From positions 64,001-128,000 of the IMG/VR virus record IMGVR_UViG_3300048672_000970: DNA of 64,000 bases; one strand, given 5' to 3'. Within the stretch, counting starts at the first letter, position 1; each line of letters starts with the position of its first letter. The notes under the pieces are model-generated. The model searched no databases. It worked only from the letters and a program-made list of their open reading frames with translations, and was not told where the DNA came from. Below are positions 36,003-44,556 of this stretch, in pieces. The DNA is from a virus. Its lineage: Duplodnaviria; Caudoviricetes. A program made the position numbers and the translations under genes.

Positions 36003-36797
36003 ATGCGTACAATTATTGCTGGGTCGAGAACAGTTACTAACTATGGGGCGTTAACTCACGCCCTCCGATATGTTGATTGGGAAATCACTGAAGTGGTGTC
36101 AGGTACTGCAAATGGCGCGGACAAACTCGGCGAGCAATATGTGTATCAGCGGGATTTGATGTGTAAGAAATTTCCGGCCGATTGGGATAGGTATGGAAAA
36201 CGCGCGGGGATGATGAGAAATCAGAAGATGGCTGGATACGCAAACGCTTTAATCGCGCTCTGGGACATGAAATCAGCCGGGCCAGCTAACATGATAGGTC
36301 TGGCCGAAGAAATGGGCCTGAAGGTCGTTATCATGCCTTGCATCCTTGGATTTCAGGATGAATTCAGATGGTTGAGTAATTTTGCACCATGCGGTATCGA
36401 AATGGATGGCGACCGTTATCCATCAGTTGAACATGCCTATCAAGCTGCTAAAATGCCGGCAGGGTATCACCGTGAGCAAATTAAATTTCGGTCTGCAGGC
36501 GCTGCTAAAAAATATGTGCAGCAACCATCGGTGTGCCGATTACTTGACCCAGAATGGCATTCATATAAAATAGATATCATGCTCGATTGCTTGATGCAAA
36601 AATATACGGATGGTATCTATTATGAATTACTTCTAGCTACAGAAAATTATTACATCGAGGAAACTAACGCCTGGAAAGACACGTTCTGGGGAGTTTATAA
36701 CGGCCGAGGGAAAAATGTGTTGGGTGAAATGATCATGGCAATCCGGGATGAGCTTGCAGCCATGCAGTCGGATGTGCTACAATGCAGTCATTGCTAA
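36003..36797 (+). CDS. SLOG (YspA/DUF2493-like)-NADAR fusion protein
   Basis: N-half IIAGSRT..VVSGTANGAD..FPADW..YGKRAG.MRN..MA; C-half WLSNF..SVEHAYQAAK..EETNAWKDTFWG..GKNVLGEMIMAIR. Confidence 0.85.
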   Translation: MRTIIAGSRTVTNYGALTHALRYVDWEITEVVSGTANGADKLGEQYVYQRDLMCKKFPADWDRYGKRAGMMRNQKMAGYANALIALWDMKSAGPANMIGLAEEMGLKVVIMPCILGFQDEFRWLSNFAPCGIEMDGDRYPSVEHAYQAAKMPAGYHREQIKFRSAGAAKKYVQQPSVCRLLDPEWHSYKIDIMLDCLMQKYTDGIYYELLLATENYYIEETNAWKDTFWGVYNGRGKNVLGEMIMAIRDELAAMQSDVLQCSHC

Positions 36798-36813
36798 CTT
36801 CTAGAGGATCAAC

Positions 36814-37362
36814 ATGGCTACGTCTTTTTTCATTTCCGACCTGCACTTTGGTCACGAAAACGCCATTCGGACATTTATGCGGGAAGACGGAACGAAGCTT
36901 CGCAATTTTTCGTCAGTTGAAGAAATGAACGAATTCATCATTGACCGCATTAACTCAGTTGTCAAGCCGAATGACCATCTTAACATCGTTGGTGATTTGG
37001 CAATGAGCAAAAAGTATATCTACCTCGCTGGCCGTCTGAACGGACATAAGCGGCTGGTGCTTGGCAATCATGACATTTTTAACATGGAGCTGTACGCACC
37101 ATATTTTGAAAAGATTGTGGGTTATCGTCAGTTTGACAAAGACATCATTGTCAGTCATATCCCCGTCCATCCGAGTCAACTTGAACAACGGTTCAAGTTC
37201 AACATTCATGGACATCTGCATGATAAAAATGTGCGGCATGCTAATCTTTTTACCGATGTCCGTTATTTCAATGTCTCTTGTGATAACGACCTTATGCAGT
37301 ATGTCCCTAAGAGTCTGGAAGAACTGAAAGAGATTGCATACAATAGGGGGATTGACCTGTGA
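36814..37362 (+). CDS. Calcineurin-like metallophosphoesterase
   Basis: SDLHFGH, VGD, LGNHD, SHIP, IHGHLH. Confidence 0.9.
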   Translation: MATSFFISDLHFGHENAIRTFMREDGTKLRNFSSVEEMNEFIIDRINSVVKPNDHLNIVGDLAMSKKYIYLAGRLNGHKRLVLGNHDIFNMELYAPYFEKIVGYRQFDKDIIVSHIPVHPSQLEQRFKFNIHGHLHDKNVRHANLFTDVRYFNVSCDNDLMQYVPKSLEELKEIAYNRGIDL

Positions 37363-37694
37363 ATTTCACGATTGCTAAAATTTGTTTAGTTATTGGCCTG
37401 TTAGGTATTGCCTATGTTAATGGCAAAAAGTTTGGCATTGCCGAACAGGCGATGGTTACTCATCGAGTGCAAGCCGAATATGATGCTTACCGACTTGAAC
37501 AAGAGTCGGCGATGAATGAACTACAAGCCAAAGCAAATGAGCAAGTAGCAATTGCAGACATGGCTAGTATCAAAAAGTCGGCGACCATTACTAAAATCGT
37601 TACGCAATTTGTTGACCGGCCGCCCGAACCTACGGAATGCTTTTTGTCTTCGCCGGCCATCAAAACCCTTAACGAATTGATTGCCATTCCATGA
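37359..37694 (+). CDS. Probable inner-membrane spanin (Rz-like)
   Basis: N-terminal TM, helical periplasmic domain, C-terminal Cys; directly followed by lipoprotein gene. Confidence 0.7.
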   Translation: MNFTIAKICLVIGLLGIAYVNGKKFGIAEQAMVTHRVQAEYDAYRLEQESAMNELQAKANEQVAIADMASIKKSATITKIVTQFVDRPPEPTECFLSSPAIKTLNELIAIP

Positions 37695-37951
37695 AATACA
37701 TATTAGCTGTTTTACTTTCCATTTTAGCGGGATGTGCATCACCAGTAAAAGCACCCGTGCAAGTAGTTTTACCCGTTAAGAAACTATCGATAAATCCTGA
37801 ACTGACTAAACCTTGTGTGCCATATACCACACCATTACAGCACGGCACTGAAGCAGAGTTGGTCATTTGGGTTGGAAATCTGGTAAAATCCTATTCTGAT
37901 TGTGCTATCATGCATGAAGCACTTGTAACTACATTAAAGGAGTATCAATGA
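37691..37951 (+). CDS. Probable outer-membrane spanin lipoprotein (Rz1-like)
   Basis: Lipobox LAGC, Pro-rich, PELTKPC...YSDCAIMHEAL. Confidence 0.75.
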   Translation: MKYILAVLLSILAGCASPVKAPVQVVLPVKKLSINPELTKPCVPYTTPLQHGTEAELVIWVGNLVKSYSDCAIMHEALVTTLKEYQ

Positions 37952-38211
37952 GCGAAAATGAACAAGTAAAGCGGTCGCGTGGTCGTCCACGCAAGATTCG
38001 TCCAGAAGACGCCAATGCGGCGAAGATAGATGCATTTAACGTCTTTTGCGAACAGCTTCACTTCGCTTATGATTTTGGGCAAGACACTAAACCGTTCTTT
38101 GTTCGGTTAGTCAACTATGCGAAAGAGGTGTCAGATACTGGTAAAGAATCTGAACAAGATTATCAATCGCGGCTTGATGCCGCATTCAAGAAATTCATTG
38201 GAGATTTTTAA
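37948..38211 (+). CDS. Small protein with AT-hook-like motif
   Basis: KRSRGRPRK. Confidence 0.65.
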   Translation: MSENEQVKRSRGRPRKIRPEDANAAKIDAFNVFCEQLHFAYDFGQDTKPFFVRLVNYAKEVSDTGKESEQDYQSRLDAAFKKFIGDF

Positions 38212-38447
38212 TGACTGCGTATAACGACATTACTGGTGATGCAATTCAATCGAAGCTGGCTACTGAAGCTTATGTTTCAAATCATGCATCCATTTTTACT
38301 CAGAAGCGTGAGCAATGGTTTTACCATTCGTCGAATGGTAAGGTTCCGTGTGAAGTGATTGGTCGAACTGGTGCTGATTTTATTATCAAGGTGGGCGAAG
38401 AATCTGTTACTGTGCCGTTCAGTCTTTTATCAAAGGAACGACTATGA
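38211..38447 (+). CDS. Conserved phage hypothetical protein
   Basis: NDITGDAIQSK..TEAY..N...IF pattern. Confidence 0.7.
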   Translation: MTAYNDITGDAIQSKLATEAYVSNHASIFTQKREQWFYHSSNGKVPCEVIGRTGADFIIKVGEESVTVPFSLLSKERL

Positions 38448-39322
38448 TTCATACTCTAGAGCAAAATCATAACGGGCGAGATTTCGTGGTTGGAGATTTG
38501 CATGGCAATTATGACATGTTCATGGCTGGCCTTGATTTCTTAAAATTTGACCCGGCGAATGATCGGGTCATTTCGGTGGGTGATGTAATCGATCGTGGCC
38601 CGAAGTCGATGGAGTGCCTGCAATTGAATTTCCAGCCGTGGTTCCGCCAAATCAAAGGTAATCATGAGCATCTGATGATGCAAGCTGTCAAGCATGAAGG
38701 GCATCGTGATTTGTTCTTTTATAACGGCGGTGAATGGGCGATGGAATATCTGGGCGAGATTTATCGGAATGAAGTTTATCTAGATGAATCTGCCGACCTG
38801 CTCGCTTTAACGGCCATCCTAGAGTCTGCACCAGATGTTATTCGTATGAAGGTAAATGGCGAATGGAAATACATCGTTCATGCGGAATTGCCGTATTATC
38901 GACCAATCACCGCATATTCTGATACAGCCGAATATCAGACTAAATGGACGGATGAGTTGATGGCGTCAGAATGCATTAACGATATTTTGATGACTAAAGA
39001 TTCTTCTGGGTCATTACCGATTACTTGGGATAGAAACATTTGGCGGCAAATTGCTTGGACTGAACTAACACCCGTTCGTCTAAACGGTTTGCGTGCCGTT
39101 TTTGATGAATACATTGCCCCGCATATTGGTGAGCAGTTTGGCACGGTAATTTCTGGTCATACCATTCTACGAGAGCCTGTCAGATTACCTCATCATGTAA
39201 ATATCGACACTGGTGCATTTATGCCGTCTGGAAATCTAACGTTCCTTGAACTAGGAACAGACCGTGTTTTCAGTGTGGACAAACAGAACAATGTGCGAGA
39301 AACCGTTTTTAGGGAAGCATGA
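38444..39322 (+). CDS. PPP-family Ser/Thr protein phosphatase (PphA/lambda NinI-like)
   Basis: VGDLHG, SVGDVIDRGP, GNHE, VHAE, SGHT, NIDTG. Confidence 0.92.
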   Translation: MIHTLEQNHNGRDFVVGDLHGNYDMFMAGLDFLKFDPANDRVISVGDVIDRGPKSMECLQLNFQPWFRQIKGNHEHLMMQAVKHEGHRDLFFYNGGEWAMEYLGEIYRNEVYLDESADLLALTAILESAPDVIRMKVNGEWKYIVHAELPYYRPITAYSDTAEYQTKWTDELMASECINDILMTKDSSGSLPITWDRNIWRQIAWTELTPVRLNGLRAVFDEYIAPHIGEQFGTVISGHTILREPVRLPHHVNIDTGAFMPSGNLTFLELGTDRVFSVDKQNNVRETVFREA

Positions 39323-39549
39323 TTACTGAACTTGAATTTAGTGATTGCCAATGGGACATCATTGAAGCATACGCTGCAGATGAAATTGATGAGCTGGGTG
39401 TAGACCCTGACGAATACAAACGGCTAATCAAATTTGTCAATGAAACTTACCCCGGCCATATAATCGTGTCGGCAGACCTTGATTTAGAAATTGGAGTATG
39501 GAGAATAGAGCATGAAAAAGCGAACAAAGAAAATCGAGAAGCCGGGTAA
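39319..39549 (+). CDS. Hypothetical acidic protein
   Basis: ATGA overlap. Confidence 0.55.
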   Translation: MITELEFSDCQWDIIEAYAADEIDELGVDPDEYKRLIKFVNETYPGHIIVSADLDLEIGVWRIEHEKANKENREAG

Positions 39550-39599
39550 AAATCATGCGGCAGCTCGGGTAGTGAACGACATTCTTCGGGCAAAGAAAG

Positions 39600-40031
39600 G
39601 TGGTAAAATGGCGGACAAGCGGAAGGAGCCAAACGATGCTTTCTTTCATTGAAGAATTGCAAAACGAATGCACAACCGTTTTATCCAATGCGCTTCTTAA
39701 CAAAGAAGTGTTTGCTTTTGGCGTGGATGGATATGGGAAATATGGCAAGTCATCAAGTGCTTTTTATTTCACAATCTCCAATGTCAATGTTTCCATCGAT
39801 GCGGATAATGACGATGATTTGCCGCCAGCGGTGCTAACAATCGTTCTGGATAACTATTCTTGTTTAACGTGTGGTGATATTTGCACTGACCAAAATTTTC
39901 AGCATGCGCTAAATAATTTACTTTCATCAGCCAAGATTAAAACGGATTGTTGGTCTTGGATGCCGATTGGACAGCAAGGCGGGAACTATGTTCAGCTTTG
40001 GCTAGATGTTCGGAAACTGATGAATCTGTGA
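39600..40031 (+). CDS. Hypothetical protein (start may be 39636)
   Basis: YxDxxF...L...GWSEQGMQ-like C-terminus (WSWMPIGQQGGNYVQL). Confidence 0.6.
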   Translation: MVKWRTSGRSQTMLSFIEELQNECTTVLSNALLNKEVFAFGVDGYGKYGKSSSAFYFTISNVNVSIDADNDDDLPPAVLTIVLDNYSCLTCGDICTDQNFQHALNNLLSSAKIKTDCWSWMPIGQQGGNYVQLWLDVRKLMNL

Positions 40032-40103
40032 GGGGATTCCCTCAAAACCGGGTTGCCGAAAGGAACCCAAATTTCAACCTAACTTGCTTTTAAGGAGTTT
40101 TAC

Positions 40104-40508
40104 ATGTCTGATTTCCAAGCTATTGTTTCTAGTATTTTCAACGAATTTGACCGCGCCAGTGGTCATTCATTCCCTCCGACTAATTGCTATCGGCAGGAAA
40201 ACGGTTTTCTGATTGAGCTGGCTGTAGCTGGCTATCCGAAGGCCGGATTGAAGGTTGTGCATGACAAAGCACGCGAGACGCTTACCGTCTCCTACACCAC
40301 CCCAGAAGGGCTTGAAAAGGCCGAGAAGGGTGAACTGCAGCGCGGCTCATCTATCGCTCAACGCGAGTTCGTTCGGCGCTGGTCAACTGCCGCAGAGTAT
40401 GACCGTTATGACCTTGAAGATACCTCCCTTGTTGATGGTATTCTTTCAATGAAGCTGGTCAAGCGGCCGGAAAACCCGGAGCAAAAGCGCACGGTAACGT
40501 TCGATTAA
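40104..40508 (+). CDS. Small heat-shock protein (Hsp20/alpha-crystallin)
   Basis: FPPTNCY..IELAVAGY..IAQREFVRRW..LVDGILSMKL. Confidence 0.88.
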   Translation: MSDFQAIVSSIFNEFDRASGHSFPPTNCYRQENGFLIELAVAGYPKAGLKVVHDKARETLTVSYTTPEGLEKAEKGELQRGSSIAQREFVRRWSTAAEYDRYDLEDTSLVDGILSMKLVKRPENPEQKRTVTFD

Positions 40509-40509
40509 C

Positions 40510-40530
40510 AAAAGGGGCTTCGGCCCCTTT
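40510..40530 (+). terminator. Rho-independent terminator
   Basis: GGGGC-TTCG-GCCCC-TTT. Confidence 0.8.
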
Positions 40531-40543
40531 AGCATTTACTATC

Positions 40544-40753
40544 ATGAGTTATTCAATCAAAGACATCGCTAAAGATTTTCTGCGTGGTAAATTACCAGTT
40601 ATCACCCAAGAAGAAATTGCCGTAGAACGCATGAAAGTCTGTAACGACTGTTCGTACAAAACTAAATTATCGAATCAATGTTCGCTGTGCCATTGCTTTC
40701 TCGACCTGAAAACAAAACTTGTTCAATCATCTTGCCCGATTGACAAGTGGTAA
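40544..40753 (+). CDS. Small Cys-rich (Zn-binding) protein
   Basis: ERMKVCNDC..QCSLCHCFLDLKT...CPIDKW. Confidence 0.8.
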   Translation: MSYSIKDIAKDFLRGKLPVITQEEIAVERMKVCNDCSYKTKLSNQCSLCHCFLDLKTKLVQSSCPIDKW

Positions 40754-40781
40754 ATAATGGCTAACAAGTAAAATACTCCAT

Positions 40782-41585
40782 ATGGGTTCATTCAAAAACT
40801 TTCTTACCGAGTATGATTTCTCGGGTAACTTTGCCAACGATATTCGACATGCACATTTTCCGGGGGTGCATGCCATTGAGCGGGCTGTAATGTCATCAGG
40901 ATATTCAACTAACATTCCGAGCATGATTAATTTGATTGCTCAGAAATTGTTGTCACCCCATGTTTCGTTAGAATCTTTTGAAGGGCTAGAACGAACGAAT
41001 GACGCGACCAAAACTGCCTTTCTTAATGCGTTAAAGAAAATCTCGGATAACCTTGAGAAGTTCAAAAGTAAAACTTATTTGCAGAGTTTGAAAAAAGACC
41101 CTGAATTAAATGGAATCGTGGCGGATGTCTCCCATCGGCAAAAGATTTCAAAGGACTTTACACAGGCTGAAAAACGAGCATGTGAAAAATTTGGTTCTAC
41201 TTCCAATCCGCAGCAGCGCGAGCTGTACATCAAATTAATGCGTGGCACTGCTCCAGATGCAGTGGGCGAAGCTTTCAAAAATTCCATTAAAGTGAAAGTT
41301 GATTCAATTGGTGATTCAGATGGTCTGCCACGAGAAGACAATCTCGTGAAATATATTCGTGTGGCTTATATCAGGTTTTCTATTTTACACACACGGGCAA
41401 CTGCACTAATCGCCGAAATGGCTGATTTGATGGGGATGGTTGATGCGTCAGATACCGTCAATTATGACGCCAGTACCGACCCGGATGCTAACACCAATAA
41501 CACCCCTCAAACAAATCAACCGGCTCAAGCGACTGCAGCAGCGTCTGTAGCACCTTCACCGGCACCAGCACAAACTAAACCATAA
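40782..41585 (+). CDS. Hypothetical late protein, putative virion internal protein
   Basis: TAAATA at 40751; MGSFKNFLTE. Confidence 0.7.
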   Translation: MGSFKNFLTEYDFSGNFANDIRHAHFPGVHAIERAVMSSGYSTNIPSMINLIAQKLLSPHVSLESFEGLERTNDATKTAFLNALKKISDNLEKFKSKTYLQSLKKDPELNGIVADVSHRQKISKDFTQAEKRACEKFGSTSNPQQRELYIKLMRGTAPDAVGEAFKNSIKVKVDSIGDSDGLPREDNLVKYIRVAYIRFSILHTRATALIAEMADLMGMVDASDTVNYDASTDPDANTNNTPQTNQPAQATAAASVAPSPAPAQTKP

Positions 41586-41589
41586 AAAC

Positions 41590-41616
41590 AAAAGCCGGGC
41601 TTTGCCCGGCTTTTTT
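41590..41616. terminator. Bidirectional terminator
   Basis: AAAA-GCCGGGC-ttt-GCCCGGC-TTTTTT between convergent genes. Confidence 0.88.
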
Positions 41617-41854
41617 ATTCAGAGAGTTGGTGTTTTACGACCAGTTGATAGAAATCTTCTACAGTCTCGATGAGTAACAGAGCTTGCTTCAAATCTGCCG
41701 CAGCTTTAGTTTGAACATAATGAGTTGATGCGATGCCAACTTTCTTCAGTAAGTTAGTTAACACATTTTGCTGGGCCGGTGATAATTGTAATTCAGCGCG
41801 AACTGCAGCTTTTCGCATGTCAAGAGAAGTGGTCATATGCTTAGAATCAGTCAT
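41615..41854 (-). CDS. Small hypothetical late protein
   Basis: TAAATA on minus strand at 41879-41884. Confidence 0.6.
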   Translation of the reverse strand: MTDSKHMTTSLDMRKAAVRAELQLSPAQQNVLTNLLKKVGIASTHYVQTKAAADLKQALLLIETVEDFYQLVVKHQLSE

Positions 41855-41949
41855 GTGCGAGTAAGGGTTATCAACCAGTATTTACAGGGCGCGTAAATAC
41901 ATGTAACCAAATTTATCTCAAATTATTTTGTCTTTAGGGAAAGAAGTTC

Positions 41950-42327
41950 ATGGCAGATACATTAGAAACCAGAGTTGCGCTATTGGAGCAAAAAACTGCT
42001 TTTATTGAAGAACAGATGGATACCTCGTATAAAACGGTCAGCAAGTTAGGGGATCGGGTTGAGGTACATATCCAAGATGGACTTAATAAAGACGCCCAGA
42101 TGCAAATTGACCTAAATCGTGTCACTGATGCCGTAACTAACTTATCGCAAGTGATGGCGACGGCCACCGATAGTCTTAAATTGATTGCTGACAGCTCGAA
42201 CAACTATCAGCAAAAAATTATGAAGTACGAAACGGTCGCAGAAACGTTAATGAAAATTGGCTCAATCGCCATGGTGCTCTGTTCGGCTGGTTGGGCGCTC
42301 TACACTTATTTCGCTGACAAGATATAA
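41950..42327 (+). CDS. Coiled-coil protein with C-terminal TM (holin/XhlA-like candidate)
   Basis: TAAATA at 41894; LETRVALLEQ coiled coil, single C-terminal TM. Confidence 0.55.
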   Translation: MADTLETRVALLEQKTAFIEEQMDTSYKTVSKLGDRVEVHIQDGLNKDAQMQIDLNRVTDAVTNLSQVMATATDSLKLIADSSNNYQQKIMKYETVAETLMKIGSIAMVLCSAGWALYTYFADKI

Positions 42328-42400
42328 TTTCGTCCTACACATGCTACAATCTCCGTGTGAGAAATCACATGCTTAACAAAATTTTGATAGGAGAAATAGC

Positions 42401-42886
42401 ATGTTTGACGAAAGTGAAAGCACATACGAAAAGCGCGCCCGCGCTGGCCTAATTCCTTATACCCGTAACGAACGTGGGGAACTGATTTATCTGTTGATGG
42501 TCGCTTCAGACCCGATGTTTGGTGGGCCGAAGCCGATGATTAGTAAAGGCAAAATTGAAGAAGGTGAAGCGCCAATGGAAACTGCGCTTAGAGAAGCACA
42601 AGAAGAACTCGGCCTTCTTGAATCAAATATCAAGGGTGATATTAAACTGGTGGCTGAAGAACAAGTTAGGCTGCGTAGCGGTACTTATTTTCTGTCGGTG
42701 TATGCAGTGGAAGTTATCAGTCGCCGAGATTTTGGCATGTGGGAAGATGAAACTGAATATACCCAATGGATGACTCTTGCTGAATTCAAAGAAAATGGAC
42801 GGAAAGACCATTACAAGTATCTGGAAATGATTGAGCATAACATCGGTTTCGGTCGGTCATTCATGAATGTGACTCAAGCTGCATAA
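42401..42886 (+). CDS. Nudix hydrolase
   Basis: KGKIEEGEAPMETALREAQEELG Nudix box. Confidence 0.9.
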   Translation: MFDESESTYEKRARAGLIPYTRNERGELIYLLMVASDPMFGGPKPMISKGKIEEGEAPMETALREAQEELGLLESNIKGDIKLVAEEQVRLRSGTYFLSVYAVEVISRRDFGMWEDETEYTQWMTLAEFKENGRKDHYKYLEMIEHNIGFGRSFMNVTQAA

Positions 42887-42895
42887 GTAACAAAG

Positions 42896-42935
42896 TGTAA
42901 CAAGCATGGACTTTCTTCTTCCATGCTTTTACACT
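42896..42935 (+). promoter_or_regulatory. Early promoter with TGTAAC box
   Basis: TGTAAC-N5-TGGACT-17 nt-TACACT. Confidence 0.7.
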
Positions 42936-42968
42936 AACCAAGTGGTTTTTCAACGGAGAAAAATTGAA

Positions 42969-43553
42969 ATGCGAAATGTGCTCATGCTAACTGAAGATGG
43001 ATTCCCGGCCGGGTGGATTTCACCTGAACGAGCCATTTCATATCACGCCTCAGAAAAGGTGGCGTGGGAACTTGGTTCCCCAAAATTTCTGTTCCGGGGT
43101 GGAGAACAAAATGGCCGGCAATCTGTATTGAAAACTGCCGCTGTAATTGCAGTCAAGGGTGCACCTGGGCCATACAAACGATATGCCCCTACCACCATTT
43201 TTTCCAACAAGCAATTGTTCGCCAGAGATAACTGGACATGCTGCTATTGCAATGAACAATTCGCCACGTCTGAATTGACGCGGGATCATGTCATCCCAAC
43301 GTCGAGAGGTGGACTTGATACCTGGAAAAATGTGGTGTCGGCATGTCTTCCGTGTAATCGATTCAAGGGCAATCGACTGATTCAGCGAACCGGCATGCAA
43401 ATGCATTATCAACCGTATGCACCGAGCTATGTGGAAAATTTCGTTCTAAAGGGCCGACATCTGTTCAATGAACAGGCTGAATACCTGCGGACTTTTCTTC
43501 CAGAGCAAAGTGAAGTACACTACGTCCTCGACCAAATCACTGTTGGAGATTAA
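42969..43553 (+). CDS. HNH endonuclease
   Basis: CCYC..TRDHVIPTSRGG..TWKNVVSACLPCNRFKGN; GGAG SD before 42969. Confidence 0.9.
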   Translation: MRNVLMLTEDGFPAGWISPERAISYHASEKVAWELGSPKFLFRGGEQNGRQSVLKTAAVIAVKGAPGPYKRYAPTTIFSNKQLFARDNWTCCYCNEQFATSELTRDHVIPTSRGGLDTWKNVVSACLPCNRFKGNRLIQRTGMQMHYQPYAPSYVENFVLKGRHLFNEQAEYLRTFLPEQSEVHYVLDQITVGD

Positions 43554-43966
43554 TGATGCCTCTCATTCCTTCGCTTGTTTTATTCGGCTTTCTTGCCGCA
43601 TGGTTGACAGATTGGGATTTCGGCACATTCATTGCCGCATGGATTGTGTTGACTTTTGTCGAGATTTCAGTTGCGACTTTCATCGCAATGCATCGCCGGC
43701 AACCGGCGCATGAAGCATCGGATGAAGCAGACTTTTCGGACGAAGTGATTGACATGAACACGGGTGGGGTGGTAATTGGCCGGTTTAACGACCAAGACAT
43801 TTTTGAGTTCATGACCGTCAAACTTTCTTCTGGAAAGCTGTTGACATTACCGTACCATTCGTGTTTTAATTCGCCTGCGGACGTTCCTGAGAGTCTGCTC
43901 GCCAAGCAAGATTGTTCGACAGTCGTGCTTACTTCCGGAATTTGCTATCACGGAGAAGATAAATGA
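43553..43966 (+). CDS. Membrane protein
   Basis: 2 N-terminal TM. Confidence 0.65.
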   Translation: MMPLIPSLVLFGFLAAWLTDWDFGTFIAAWIVLTFVEISVATFIAMHRRQPAHEASDEADFSDEVIDMNTGGVVIGRFNDQDIFEFMTVKLSSGKLLTLPYHSCFNSPADVPESLLAKQDCSTVVLTSGICYHGEDK

Positions 43967-44211
43967 TTGCCTCTTATTTCAACTACGAAACCATGCAGCC
44001 GCATAACATCCACGCCCATATGCCGACTCATTCGGCGTTTGATGTGGATAAGGCGCTCGACGCGGCGGTGAACGGGGCGAATGATTACATCACGTTGCTG
44101 ACGCTGCAGCGAGCCGGCTCCCTGTTTTACCAGCTTGATTGCAATAACCTGTCGGCGAAGGAAATCGCCGATTTCATCATCGGACAAGAACAACAAAATC
44201 AATTTACCTGA
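43963..44211 (+). CDS. Hypothetical protein
   Basis: GGAG SD, overlap. Confidence 0.6.
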   Translation: MIASYFNYETMQPHNIHAHMPTHSAFDVDKALDAAVNGANDYITLLTLQRAGSLFYQLDCNNLSAKEIADFIIGQEQQNQFT

Positions 44212-44219
44212 AAGGTTAT

Positions 44220-44531
44220 ATGGATGAAGTGATTTTTCAATCAATCCTTGGCGTGTGGTTTATCCTCGCGCTGCTTGACACGGTTTACACCGTCACCGAA
44301 CTGGAGTTCAATTTCTATTTGCTGAAAGATAGGTTGCAGCTTCAGACGGCAAAAGTACGTTACACGGTTTTGGCAATTTGTTCCATTGGCATTTTCGTGT
44401 CAACCATTCTTTACGTGCCTATCGTGCTTGTTAAAAGCATGATTGACCGTGAACTTTGGTACCCGGGCAAGTATTCCACCACGTATTCTGCGTACCTGAT
44501 TAGAAAACTCAGGCGCAAGTTCCACAACTGA
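44220..44531 (+). CDS. Two-TM membrane protein
   Basis: AAGG SD, hydrophobic helices. Confidence 0.6.
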   Translation: MDEVIFQSILGVWFILALLDTVYTVTELEFNFYLLKDRLQLQTAKVRYTVLAICSIGIFVSTILYVPIVLVKSMIDRELWYPGKYSTTYSAYLIRKLRRKFHN

Positions 44532-44555
44532 AAAGCCGGGCAATGCCCGGCTTTT
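44531..44555. terminator. Bidirectional terminator
   Basis: AAAA-GCCGGGC-aat-GCCCGGC-TTTT. Confidence 0.88.
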
Positions 44556-44556
44556 C

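Noticed and set aside
42969-43553. HNH gene as a mobile intron or homing element
   Set aside because: It has its own TGTAAC promoter and SD, interrupts no gene, and shows no intron core or flanking duplication.
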